The position numbers and the translations under genes were made by a program. A stretch of 64,000 nt of DNA from Candidatus Hermodarchaeota archaeon. Its GTDB lineage: Archaea; Asgardarchaeota; Hermodarchaeia; Hermodarchaeales; Hermodarchaeaceae. A model generated the notes under the pieces. It saw nothing but the letters and a program-made list of their open reading frames with translations. It was not told where the DNA came from and ran no database searches. Shown here in pieces: positions 17,916 to 26,929 of this stretch. How positions within the stretch are numbered: position 1 is the first letter of the stretch; every line of letters begins with the position of its first letter. The stretch is from NCBI GenBank assembly GCA_016839805.1, contig JAEOTO010000031.1, forward strand, positions 64,001 to 128,000. Reading direction: 5' to 3'.

Positions 17916-20717
17916 ATGGTAACGATAAATTTGGACAGAATTTTCCATCCCAAAACCGTCGCAATCATTGGAGCCAGTAATGAGGAAGGATCAGTTGGAC
18001 AAATCCTAATGAAGAACTTGATGATGAACGGATTTGAAGGTAAAGTCTTTCCTGTGAATATCCGGCGAAAAGAAGTAATGGGAAAAAAAGCCTATCAAAG
18101 CGTAGGTGAAATTCCTGAGCCAATTGACTTGGCGATAATTGCTACTCCCGCAAAAACTGTCCCCAGTATCGTCGATGAATGTGGAAAAGCTGGGATTAAA
18201 GGTTTAATCATTATATCTGCTGGATTTCGAGAAATTGGGGTAGAAGGACTTGCACTCGAAAAGCAACTAATAGCTTTAAAGAAAAAATACAAGTTACGAA
18301 TTATTGGACCGAACTGTTTTGGAATAATCCGTCCTAGCCTTAACCTAAATGCGACTTTTGGAGAAATGCTACCGAAAGTGGGTAACATTGCTTTTATTTC
18401 CCAAAGTGGAGCATTGGGATCAGCAATTTTAGATTGGGCCCTTCAACAGAATCTTGGGTTCAGTAATTTTGTATCAGTAGGTTCGATGGTTGATGTCGAC
18501 TTTGGTGATTTAATCGATTATTTTGGTAGCGACCCCCAGACGCGAAGTATTATCCTATACATTGAGGGCATAACTGATGCACGTAAGTTCATGAGCGCCG
18601 CCCGTCACTTTGCCAAAACAAAACCCATTATCGTAGTTAAAGCAGGGAAATTTAGTGAAAGTGCTCAAGCTGCAGCATCACACACTGGATCCTTAACTGG
18701 CTCCGATCTTGTATATGATGCCGCCTTCAAACGAGCAGGGATTGTCCGCGTTGAGGAAATTTCTGACCTATTTAATGCAGCAGAAGTTCTAGGAATGCAA
18801 CCACTCCCTATGGGACCACGACTAGCAATTATTACAAATGCCGGGGGTCCGGGTGTTATGGCTGCAGATGCTTTACTCAAACGAGGAGGGAAATTAGCTA
18901 AACTCTCTGAGGAAACAATCAATAGCCTTAACAGAATTCTCCCTCCTTATTGGAGTCATGGTAATCCTATTGACGTGTTAGGTGACGCAGATGCTAATCG
19001 CTACCGAGAAGTCATGGATCTCTGCCTTGCCGACAAAAACGTTGATGGGATTCTCATCATCTACACACCACAAGCCATTGTGGCAGCTGAGGCAATTGCT
19101 CTCAGCGTAATTGGATTGTGTGATGCTAGAGGAGGGTGTCAAAAGACTATACTCACTTCATTTATGGGTGGAAAACAAGTTAATGAAGCAAACCGGATTT
19201 TTACTGAGAGTGGTTATCCAACCTATTGGACGCCAGAGCAGGCCGTTGCGACCTACATGTACATGTACCAGTATAAACGGAATCTAGAGTTACTCTATGA
19301 GACACCTGAAGAATTACCTACAGAAAGTGTTCCTCCAAAGCGTCCGGTGACAGTACTAATTCGTAATGCTGCAAAAGAGAATCGAGAGATATTGACTGAA
19401 GTGGAGGCTAAACGTCTTTTAGAGTATTACAATATCCCTGTAGTGAAAACACGCGTAGCAGAATCTGTTGATGAAGCAGCTGCAGCTGCTGCTAGTATCG
19501 GTTATCCTGTTGTTCTCAAAATTCTATCACCTGATATTACTCATAAATCCGATGCTGGAGGTGTCAAACTCAACCTTAACTCAGATATTGAAGTGCGGAA
19601 CGCTTACGACGAAATCCTTCAAGCAGTAAAGGAATATAATCCCAAGGCAAAAATCGCTGGGGTAACAGTACAGTCAATGATTACACCCTCAGGAACAGAA
19701 GTTATTCTTGGAGCAAAACGTGATCCTTTGTTTGGGCCAGTAATTCTCTTTGGTATGGGTGGGATTGGTGTAGAATTCTTCAATGATGTGGCCATCGGTT
19801 TTCCTCCCCTCAATCAGACACTGGCAAGAAGAATAATGGAAGAAACTCGCATTTACAAGATTCTTAGAAAGGGACATCGACGAATTCAGCCTGCTAATCT
19901 GAGATTACTTGAGGAACTCATCGTACGATTCTCCCAGATGGTTGTTGATTTTCCCGAATTGAAAGAGATTGATATCAATCCATTACTAATTGATGAAAAC
20001 CAAGGAATTGCTCTCGATGCACGTGTCATAATTGATCTTCATCGGATAAGTAAATCTATTGAACCTTCGTCAGAATTAGTGATAAGTCCATATCCGAAAA
20101 AATATGAATTAGTCTGGCGAATGCGAGATGGACGGACTGTCCTCTTTCGCCCAATTAAGCCTGAGGATGAACCTCTCTGGTTAGAGATGTTCCAGAATTT
20201 TTCCGAAGAATCGATACGCTACCGATTTTTCGAAATTATCAAAGACACTCCCCATGAAGTAAGAATCCGATACACAAACATCGATTATGATCGAGAGCTT
20301 GGAATCGTTCCAGTAATGCAGGATGGCGATAGCCAAAAAATTCTGGGAGTAGTACGGTTAATTGAAGAACCAGATGGTAGACGTGGGGAAATCGCTTTCA
20401 TTGTTGCAGACCCCTGGCAAGGGTTAGGTCTTGGCTCAAAAATGATTGATTACATGATTGAGATCTGCATTGATCGAGGTTTAGAAGAGATTTATGGTAT
20501 CATGTTACCAGATAACTACCGCGCCCATCGCTTAATGGAAAAAATGGGTTTCAAGTTAGAGCGTACAGAAGATAATCTAGTTCAAGCCAATCTTGATCTC
20601 CGTGCGGAAAGGCAGTGGCGAAAACCGCGTGAATTTGGCAAACCTGTAGCAGAGATACCCTCGGAGGATTTAGAGGTCAAGTCAGCAAAAAAACCTAAAA
20701 AAGGGAAAAAGGCGTGA
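17916..20717 (+). CDS. NDP-forming acyl-CoA synthetase / C-terminal GNAT fusion (Pat/Pka-type protein acetyltransferase)
   Basis: IIGAS, GPNCFG, SQSGA, ASHTGS (phospho-His retained), HKSDAGGV ATP-grasp; GNAT with RPIKPEDE and WQGLGLG. Confidence 0.9.
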   Translation: MVTINLDRIFHPKTVAIIGASNEEGSVGQILMKNLMMNGFEGKVFPVNIRRKEVMGKKAYQSVGEIPEPIDLAIIATPAKTVPSIVDECGKAGIKGLIIISAGFREIGVEGLALEKQLIALKKKYKLRIIGPNCFGIIRPSLNLNATFGEMLPKVGNIAFISQSGALGSAILDWALQQNLGFSNFVSVGSMVDVDFGDLIDYFGSDPQTRSIILYIEGITDARKFMSAARHFAKTKPIIVVKAGKFSESAQAAASHTGSLTGSDLVYDAAFKRAGIVRVEEISDLFNAAEVLGMQPLPMGPRLAIITNAGGPGVMAADALLKRGGKLAKLSEETINSLNRILPPYWSHGNPIDVLGDADANRYREVMDLCLADKNVDGILIIYTPQAIVAAEAIALSVIGLCDARGGCQKTILTSFMGGKQVNEANRIFTESGYPTYWTPEQAVATYMYMYQYKRNLELLYETPEELPTESVPPKRPVTVLIRNAAKENREILTEVEAKRLLEYYNIPVVKTRVAESVDEAAAAAASIGYPVVLKILSPDITHKSDAGGVKLNLNSDIEVRNAYDEILQAVKEYNPKAKIAGVTVQSMITPSGTEVILGAKRDPLFGPVILFGMGGIGVEFFNDVAIGFPPLNQTLARRIMEETRIYKILRKGHRRIQPANLRLLEELIVRFSQMVVDFPELKEIDINPLLIDENQGIALDARVIIDLHRISKSIEPSSELVISPYPKKYELVWRMRDGRTVLFRPIKPEDEPLWLEMFQNFSEESIRYRFFEIIKDTPHEVRIRYTNIDYDRELGIVPVMQDGDSQKILGVVRLIEEPDGRRGEIAFIVADPWQGLGLGSKMIDYMIEICIDRGLEEIYGIMLPDNYRAHRLMEKMGFKLERTEDNLVQANLDLRAERQWRKPREFGKPVAEIPSEDLEVKSAKKPKKGKKA

Positions 20718-20760
20718 AGTTTTATTAATGTGAAGACATGTCCAAAGATGTGTGTTAGTA

Positions 20761-21297
20761 ATGTCTAACCTCTGGCGTGATTTACCACCTGGTCCTGACC
20801 CACCCAATCGAATCTACACGATCGTAGAAGTACCTAATGGTGTAAGTAACAAATATGAATATGACATCAAACTTGGAATCTTTCGTCTGGACAGGGTACT
20901 TTATTCTGCACTCTATTTTCCTGGTGATTATGGAATTATCCCCCAAACATGGTATGAGGATAACGATCCTCTTGATATTATGGTGTTGACCACCAAACCC
21001 ACTTTCACTGGCTGCATTCTGGAAGCTCGACCAATTGGTATCTTAACGATGGAAGATGAGAAAGGCGAAGACGATAAGGTAATTGCGGTACCCATCAATG
21101 ACCCCCGGTGGGATGAGGTGAGAAACTGCTCGGATATGGCACATCACCTTCGCGCAGAGATCGCCGATTTTTTTCTGAAATATAAGAGTCTTGAACCGGG
21201 ACGATGGGTTAAGGTAAAGGAATGGCAGGATTCACCTACAGCGATGAAAATCATCGAAAAAGCTATCAAAATGTTCAAAGAACAGTTCAAGAAGTAG
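20761..21297 (+). CDS. ppa: Family I inorganic pyrophosphatase
   Basis: KYEYD, LDR, P.DYG.IPQT, D.DPLD, M.DEKG.DDK. Confidence 0.95.
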   Translation: MSNLWRDLPPGPDPPNRIYTIVEVPNGVSNKYEYDIKLGIFRLDRVLYSALYFPGDYGIIPQTWYEDNDPLDIMVLTTKPTFTGCILEARPIGILTMEDEKGEDDKVIAVPINDPRWDEVRNCSDMAHHLRAEIADFFLKYKSLEPGRWVKVKEWQDSPTAMKIIEKAIKMFKEQFKK

Positions 21298-21329
21298 CTG
21301 GATCAGATTCCGCTGGTTTCGTACGCTGA

Positions 21330-21490
21330 AGAGTGAATAATCCCATCGTGAACTACCCCGCCCTGACGGACGGAGCTTCCTGCTTCATCCCATCGGCTTG
21401 TGCCGACTGGTCCACAGGCTCTACTCGCCGTTCCGGCGATGTTGCCCGGTCATGGGGTCTTGGTTCTCGGCCACCTGCCGGGACCTCAAC
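21330..21490 (-). ncRNA. Putative TnpB omegaRNA/reRNA scaffold plus flanking guide
   Basis: TTTAAATA box at 21516-21509; stems GTCGGC/GCCGAT, TCGCCG/CGGCGA and the RE hairpin; GCCTGTGGA segment resembling tnpB 3' ends; boundaries approximate. Confidence 0.6.
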
Positions 21491-21564
21491 TAGGACCTCT
21501 TGAAATCCTATTTAAACACCTCGATTCATTCCCGGTCTGAAAGGGCCGGGGTCTTCTCGAGGTT
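21348..21564 (-). mobile_element. Non-autonomous IS200/IS605-family element (no transposase or TnpB ORF) with an omegaRNA-like right end
   Basis: Minus strand ends GAAGCAGGAAGCTCCGTCCGTCAGGGCGGGGTAGTTCAC (RE hairpin + TCAC); LE hairpin CCCGG..CCGGG inside a CCTCGA/TCGAGG stem; removing it restores an in-frame host gene end. Confidence 0.8.
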
Positions 21565-22104
21565 ATAGATAAGAGGTAACAGTCGGGGAACTAAAAACGG
21601 TGTCGTGCGTTTGTATTCAAGATATTCTTCACCAAACCGTGCTTCTAACTGTGGTTCCTCGTACTTCTTGATTCGGATAACCATGATAACCAGAATAATC
21701 AAGGGAACAAGAATTGCCATTCCAAGCGATCGAAAGAGAAGCCCCATCCCAAGGGGAAGAAGCGTGTATCCTAGAGTGATAGGATTACGAATATGGGAGT
21801 AGATTCCAGTAGTAACGAGCAGAGTTGATTGAGCTTGTTTATCAAATGCACCCCAGGGGAGCCCCTTTCCAACTCTACGTAAATGGCGTGTTGCCTTAAT
21901 TCCGACTGCCGCTCCAGATGACATTATACTAGCGCCGATTATGAGGTTGTATGGAAAGGGAGGAAAAGGAGGAAGGAGAAAGATAGAATCCATCCATACA
22001 CCAGCTAGAATAGTGATAATCGGTACAAATAGGAATATGAGAAGATATGGTCCGATGTAACGCAATCGAATGGTTGGGAGAGAGGATGAATTTCTAGGTG
22101 GCAT
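21526..22104 (-). CDS. Isoprenylcysteine carboxyl methyltransferase (ICMT/PEMT) family membrane protein
   Basis: LVTTGIYS.IRNP, EE..L..RFGEEY..YK..TP; the last 12 codons and the stop come from the IS element. Confidence 0.85.
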   Translation of the reverse strand: MPPRNSSSLPTIRLRYIGPYLLIFLFVPIITILAGVWMDSIFLLPPFPPFPYNLIIGASIMSSGAAVGIKATRHLRRVGKGLPWGAFDKQAQSTLLVTTGIYSHIRNPITLGYTLLPLGMGLLFRSLGMAILVPLIILVIMVIRIKKYEEPQLEARFGEEYLEYKRTTPFLVPRLLPLIYNLEKTPALSDRE

Positions 22105-22110
22105 GGAATC

Positions 22111-22620
22111 CTACCAATGTTCTCTATGCACACGCGACTTATCATATTGTGTACGCGGTTCTTTTTCTTCTGCCGGATGTCCAACTGAGATTAAACTCAA
22201 TGGAATAATATCATCCGGAAGACCGAAGATCTCCTTGACGGGTCTAACACGGTTTTCATGGGGATAAATCCCAAGCCACACAGCACCAAGGCCCAACAAC
22301 GGAGCAGCAAGAAGAAGGTTTTCAGTGGCCGCGGAACAGTCTTGAACCCAATAGTGTGGTGAAGCACTTTCAATCCCACAAATTGCGATGCATAGGGGAG
22401 CACCATGGAGCAATTTGGCACCAGATTTGATTTCAGCGAGTTTATCTAATTTTTTCCGATCAGTGGTTATGATAAAGTGCCAAGGTTTCCGATTTGCAGC
22501 AGAGGGAGCAGCCATAGCGGCCTCAAGCAGCGCTTGGACATCATCTTCACTAACTGGCTGCTTTGTGTACTTACGAATACTACGCCTTGAAAGAATCATT
22601 TTTATCTGGTCTTTAGTCAT
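22111..22620 (-). CDS. Nitroreductase family protein
   Basis: RRSIRKY, APSA.N.KPW, QDCSAATEN.LLA...LGLG.VW. Confidence 0.92.
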   Translation of the reverse strand: MTKDQIKMILSRRSIRKYTKQPVSEDDVQALLEAAMAAPSAANRKPWHFIITTDRKKLDKLAEIKSGAKLLHGAPLCIAICGIESASPHYWVQDCSAATENLLLAAPLLGLGAVWLGIYPHENRVRPVKEIFGLPDDIIPLSLISVGHPAEEKEPRTQYDKSRVHREHW

Positions 22621-22650
22621 TTTTTTCTCCTCTAGGAGGTCAGTAGGTTA

Positions 22651-22727
22651 TGGCGGGCCCGGTGGGATTCGAACCCACGATTACCGGCTTAGAGGGCCGG
22701 TGCCTTATCCAGCTTGGCCACGGGCCC
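22651..22727 (-). tRNA. tRNA-Arg(TCT), intronless, CCA encoded
   Basis: GGGCCCG acceptor stem, CCGGC-CCTCTAA-GCCGG anticodon arm, GTGGG-TTCGAAT-CCCAC T arm, 3' GCCA. Confidence 0.93.
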
Positions 22728-22837
22728 AGATTTGAAGGTTTCTCGGATTCGTTAAACCTTGAGAGTGTAGCAGGAGTGGCTGGATAAATTTTTATCTATT
22801 CATCGTGATGTCAGAGTAACATTGCGGGTGGTTATCG

Positions 22838-23053
22838 ATGGATGCTGAGATTGATATTACACATCGCGCGCTGAGCGCTGGAATTGCTGAAATTCAATTA
22901 ACAGAGGCAAAGACGGTTCGAGAATTATTACGCGAGTTAGGTCTACTCCATCGACATTTTGTGGTGCTGGTTGATGGTAGACGGGCATTACTAGATGATG
23001 AAGTTGCTGAAGGTCAACGCGTGATAGTGCTTCCAATTATTGCTGGTGGATAA
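22838..23053 (+). CDS. MoaD/ThiS/SAMP ubiquitin-like protein
   Basis: 71 aa; TV.ELL..L, V.VDG, C-terminal P.IAGG. Confidence 0.85.
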   Translation: MDAEIDITHRALSAGIAEIQLTEAKTVRELLRELGLLHRHFVVLVDGRRALLDDEVAEGQRVIVLPIIAGG

Positions 23054-23063
23054 CGCCAAAGTT

Positions 23064-23948
23064 TCATACAATTTCAATTTTTTCTTCATTTGGGAGAAAA
23101 ATAGACATTGAATGTGTGAATTCTTTTCGGAGTTCTTTGATTGTTTTCTTATATTCCGCATAGGATAGGTGAGTTGTTAGGTGTGTTAAGAGCACATGTT
23201 TAACGTGTCCCTGATGAGCAATCTCAAAGGCTTGTCGAAGTGTGAGATGGGGGGCCTCTTCAGGTGGTTCCCATTGCGGATAAACCCAGGAGGCATCGAT
23301 GATAAGTAAATCTGCGTCTTTGGTCTTTTCAGCTAGGTGAGAGGAGGGACCTGTGTCACCTGTATAGACGATTTTTCGCTGACGGGGTGTAAGATGGTAT
23401 TGCGTAGAATCGATGCGTTTTGACGCTATCTTCGGACTTTTCCCTTGTGCAATGGCAGACCAATGTTTTTGTGGTATACCATCAGTCTCAAGTTTTTTAG
23501 TATCTAATCGGTATTTGGGAGACTCAGTGATAATAAATCCACAACTGGGACCACGATGATTTACGGAAAAAGCTTCAACTGTTAATTTATCAATACAGCA
23601 TGCTCCTGATTCAGGTGAGAGAGGGCAGAGCTTAAGAAAGGTAGGTTCACCACTAATTTGAACAAGTTGATTAATGGTTGATTTGATTCCTTGCGGATGG
23701 ATTATTTTGATTTCATGGTGCCAATCTCGCTGATGTAAAAACCATAGAAGAGGAGGTAATCCCCATAAATGATCTAGATGTCCATGACTGAGGAGTATCG
23801 CAGAGAGCCCTCGCAGGCGTAACCCGCGTCGCCAAATTTCTGTTATAGTTCCTGGTCCAGTATCGAGAATCAAGCGAGTTCCTTCCCAGTTAATCATAAT
23901 CGAAGTGGAAAGGGAAGCAGCCCCATGCAATGGATAAATGGAAATCAT
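23064..23948 (-). CDS. rnz: Ribonuclease Z-like metallo-beta-lactamase
   Basis: LD.GPG, SHGHLDH..GL, exosite-like insert, YTGDT, HLT..QA, LTH. Confidence 0.75.
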   Translation of the reverse strand: MISIYPLHGAASLSTSIMINWEGTRLILDTGPGTITEIWRRGLRLRGLSAILLSHGHLDHLWGLPPLLWFLHQRDWHHEIKIIHPQGIKSTINQLVQISGEPTFLKLCPLSPESGACCIDKLTVEAFSVNHRGPSCGFIITESPKYRLDTKKLETDGIPQKHWSAIAQGKSPKIASKRIDSTQYHLTPRQRKIVYTGDTGPSSHLAEKTKDADLLIIDASWVYPQWEPPEEAPHLTLRQAFEIAHQGHVKHVLLTHLTTHLSYAEYKKTIKELRKEFTHSMSIFLPNEEKIEIV

Positions 23949-24072
23949 CGTTGTAGAAGTGTAGTTGATGAGATGTTATTAAGAAGTGCTCCTACCAGAA
24001 AATCTTTTAAAATCATTGGAGCATTCGGGTTCACTCTATTAATTAGTTTCAACTGCATGATGGTGCGCAACC

Positions 24073-25449
24073 GTGAAGAAAAAGACATCACTGATCTCTA
24101 TTATGTTCCTGCTTAGCGTTCTTATTATCCAACCTCTCCTAGTTCCGACATTGAACATGCTAGGAGGACCAGGCATTAGGTTGACACCTGAGGACAATTT
24201 ACGAGCACCACCAGTTCCACAAGGTTCATCAGAGTGGATCGATGTATCCTTAGAAGTTGAGTATTCCTATGATGACACAGCGACCATTTCCTGGACTGGT
24301 CGCCCCGCCACAGGTCCATCATCGCCATTTAATCCACTTTATAATTGGACTAAATCAGGTTCAATTGAAGGGGGGATATATGACGAGAATCCTGGTAATG
24401 CCACCATTATCGCCATTCCCTGGGATAATCTGACAACAGCAGCTGAAGTGGCAGATTTTCTTAACTATACAATGGAAAATTACGTCCGATATACGAGCTG
24501 GCCCTCGCTTAGTATTTTTAACTTTACTGAATACGAGAATACGACTCTGTGGGTGTTCAATGACACGATTGCTTCACATCTAGAATTTTTCAACACCACG
24601 TTATATCATGTTGTTAATGCAACAGCCTATCTTGTCAATGGTTTTAATGCCACAGGTATTATCGCAGCAATGACCGAATACCGGATTTATTTGGAATGGT
24701 TTGAGGCTCAACCTATTGCGGAAGTTACCTTCTCGTATACTATTGAGAATGCAAGTCTTCTAGCCGGGGACATCTACAACTTCAGCCTTGGACGAGCAAT
24801 GGGTCTTATGGCTCCCCTAAACTTGACTGGTTCTGGAAGCCTGACCATTAGGGGACCCTATAACCGTATGATCACCGATGGTTCACCTGCTTCTGCCTTT
24901 GTGAATAAGATTTTCCCCTACTTTCCGATTGGGGATGAGATATACGATTTCAATGAGACGGAACAAGAATTTGATTATAATGTCTGGTATAAGGAACCGA
25001 TCTCAGATATTTCCATATCACGAGAAGTCACTCCTACTGGTCTTAATCGGGGTGGTTTAATCGCTGTGACAATCACCGTGATTAATACCGGGGATGTTCC
25101 CTTTGCTGAAATTATTGTCGGAGATGTTATTGCTATTGAAACGGGAATGTTTCAGTTAGTCAGTGGAACGGCATCCATTCGCGTTTTTAACCTGGAGCCA
25201 GGAGCAAACATTACCCTGGAATATACGGCGATTGCACTGGTCACGGGAGTCTATGACTATCCTGCCGTTCAAGTTGCTGGCATTGATATGTTCTCGAACC
25301 AATTTACATTCACGTCAACCAGCCAATCACTTACTATTGGCAATGGTCTCACCCCCAATGAGATTGTACTCATCCAAATCGCAGTTGCCCTCATCATTAT
25401 TGTTGTCGTGCTCCTTGTGCTGTATCGATTCCGACGTCGAATCTTCTAA
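24073..25449 (+). CDS. Type I membrane glycoprotein with a C-terminal BatD/TRAP-beta-like Ig domain
   Basis: Signal peptide, many N-x-S/T sequons, VTITVINTG...LEPG.N.TLEY....G.Y..PAV, C-terminal TM followed by RFRRR. Confidence 0.7.
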   Translation: MKKKTSLISIMFLLSVLIIQPLLVPTLNMLGGPGIRLTPEDNLRAPPVPQGSSEWIDVSLEVEYSYDDTATISWTGRPATGPSSPFNPLYNWTKSGSIEGGIYDENPGNATIIAIPWDNLTTAAEVADFLNYTMENYVRYTSWPSLSIFNFTEYENTTLWVFNDTIASHLEFFNTTLYHVVNATAYLVNGFNATGIIAAMTEYRIYLEWFEAQPIAEVTFSYTIENASLLAGDIYNFSLGRAMGLMAPLNLTGSGSLTIRGPYNRMITDGSPASAFVNKIFPYFPIGDEIYDFNETEQEFDYNVWYKEPISDISISREVTPTGLNRGGLIAVTITVINTGDVPFAEIIVGDVIAIETGMFQLVSGTASIRVFNLEPGANITLEYTAIALVTGVYDYPAVQVAGIDMFSNQFTFTSTSQSLTIGNGLTPNEIVLIQIAVALIIIVVVLLVLYRFRRRIF

Positions 25450-25576
25450 CCCAATAATAACACAACACTACCAACCTGTAAATTCAATAAGAACCTTGGA
25501 GAGTTTACCATTGAAACATGGTTGGGCAAACTCCTAAAAGCAAAGAGCCATAACATCCTAAGGGCGGTCATGTGAG

Positions 25577-26929
25577 ATGCCAAAAGACGAACCTGCAGGT
25601 TATTTAGGTGAAGCTCAGAAAACCCTTAATCGGGTGAAAGCGAAAATCGGTGATCGGATTCGAGTTTCAACTACGGAAAATATCTTCGAAGGAATCGTTA
25701 TCCCTCGTGCAGAAATTGGGGCAGATGACCAGCATATCATCATTAAACTGGATTCAGGGTATAATATCGGTATCCATGTCAACAACATCCAAAAGATCGA
25801 ACGAGTAGCCCCAGGAAGGAAGGCACAGCCAGAACTTCCTCCAATAACCCGTAAAACAAAGAAAGGATTACCATGGGCGAGTATCCTAAGTACAGGCGGG
25901 ACAATTGCAAGTCGTGTTGATTATCAAACCGGAGCTGTAAATCCCGCATTAACAGCAGACGACCTCTATACAGTAGTCCCCGAGCTGGGTAATCTTGCAA
26001 ACATCCGTGCTGAAGTGCTCTTTAGCGTCTTTAGTGAAAATCTCTTGCCTAGCCATTGGACTACAATGGCGGAACAGATTGCAAAACATCTTGATGAATC
26101 AGAAGGTGTAGTCATTCCCCATGGTACGGATACCCTCGGCTATACAGCCGCCGCCTTAAGTTTTGCCTTACAGAATCTTCCGGGTCCAGTGATATTGACT
26201 GGTTCTCAGCGTTCATCAGATCGACCCTCATCAGATGCCGCGCTGAATCTAACAGCTGCGGTTATTATAGCGGTGCAAGGACCGATTGCAGAAGTAATAA
26301 TTGCTATGCATCGTTACCCCGATGACACAAGCATAGCTCTCTATCCAGGTACCCAAGTTCGTAAATGTCATACCAGTCGGCGAGATGCGTTCAAACCTAT
26401 TAACGCAGATCTTCTTGGGGAAGTAAAAAATGGGCAGGTCTACATACTCGTTGACGAGAACTCTTATCTTCATCGAGATAAGACGCGCCAGATACGTCTT
26501 CAGCCAGAATTTGATCCAAAAGTTGCATTAATCAAAACCACTCCGGGGTTGATGGGAGAACGAATTGATGTGCTAATTGACCAGGGCTACCATGGCATTG
26601 TGATTGAGGGAACCGGGCTGGGCCATGCTCCTGAAGCAATCTTTGAAGCAATTGAAAGGGCACAATCGGAACAGATCCCTGTTGTTATGACATCCCAATG
26701 TATTTGGGGTCGGGTACAAATGCGGGTTTACCGTACTGGCGTAGAACTAGTTCAACGGGGAGTTATCCCCGGAGAAGACATGATCGCTGAGACAGCTTTT
26801 GTAAAACTCATGTGGGTTCTAGCCCAAACTCGGGATTCCACTGAAGTTCAAAAGCGAATGTTAACACCAATTGCTGGAGAAATTACCGAGTGTTCAAAAC
26901 GGAGTCAGTATGAAGAGTTGAGCCCTTAA
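25577..26929 (+). CDS. gatD: Glu-tRNA(Gln) amidotransferase subunit D
   Basis: KLDSGYNIG, STGGTIASRVDY.TG, HGTDT, GSQRSSDRPSSD. Confidence 0.96.
   Translation: MPKDEPAGYLGEAQKTLNRVKAKIGDRIRVSTTENIFEGIVIPRAEIGADDQHIIIKLDSGYNIGIHVNNIQKIERVAPGRKAQPELPPITRKTKKGLPWASILSTGGTIASRVDYQTGAVNPALTADDLYTVVPELGNLANIRAEVLFSVFSENLLPSHWTTMAEQIAKHLDESEGVVIPHGTDTLGYTAAALSFALQNLPGPVILTGSQRSSDRPSSDAALNLTAAVIIAVQGPIAEVIIAMHRYPDDTSIALYPGTQVRKCHTSRRDAFKPINADLLGEVKNGQVYILVDENSYLHRDKTRQIRLQPEFDPKVALIKTTPGLMGERIDVLIDQGYHGIVIEGTGLGHAPEAIFEAIERAQSEQIPVVMTSQCIWGRVQMRVYRTGVELVQRGVIPGEDMIAETAFVKLMWVLAQTRDSTEVQKRMLTPIAGEITECSKRSQYEELSP

Noticed and set aside
22651-22727. tRNA as an integration site for an island
   Set aside because: No integrase and no duplicated tRNA 3' end noticed in the window
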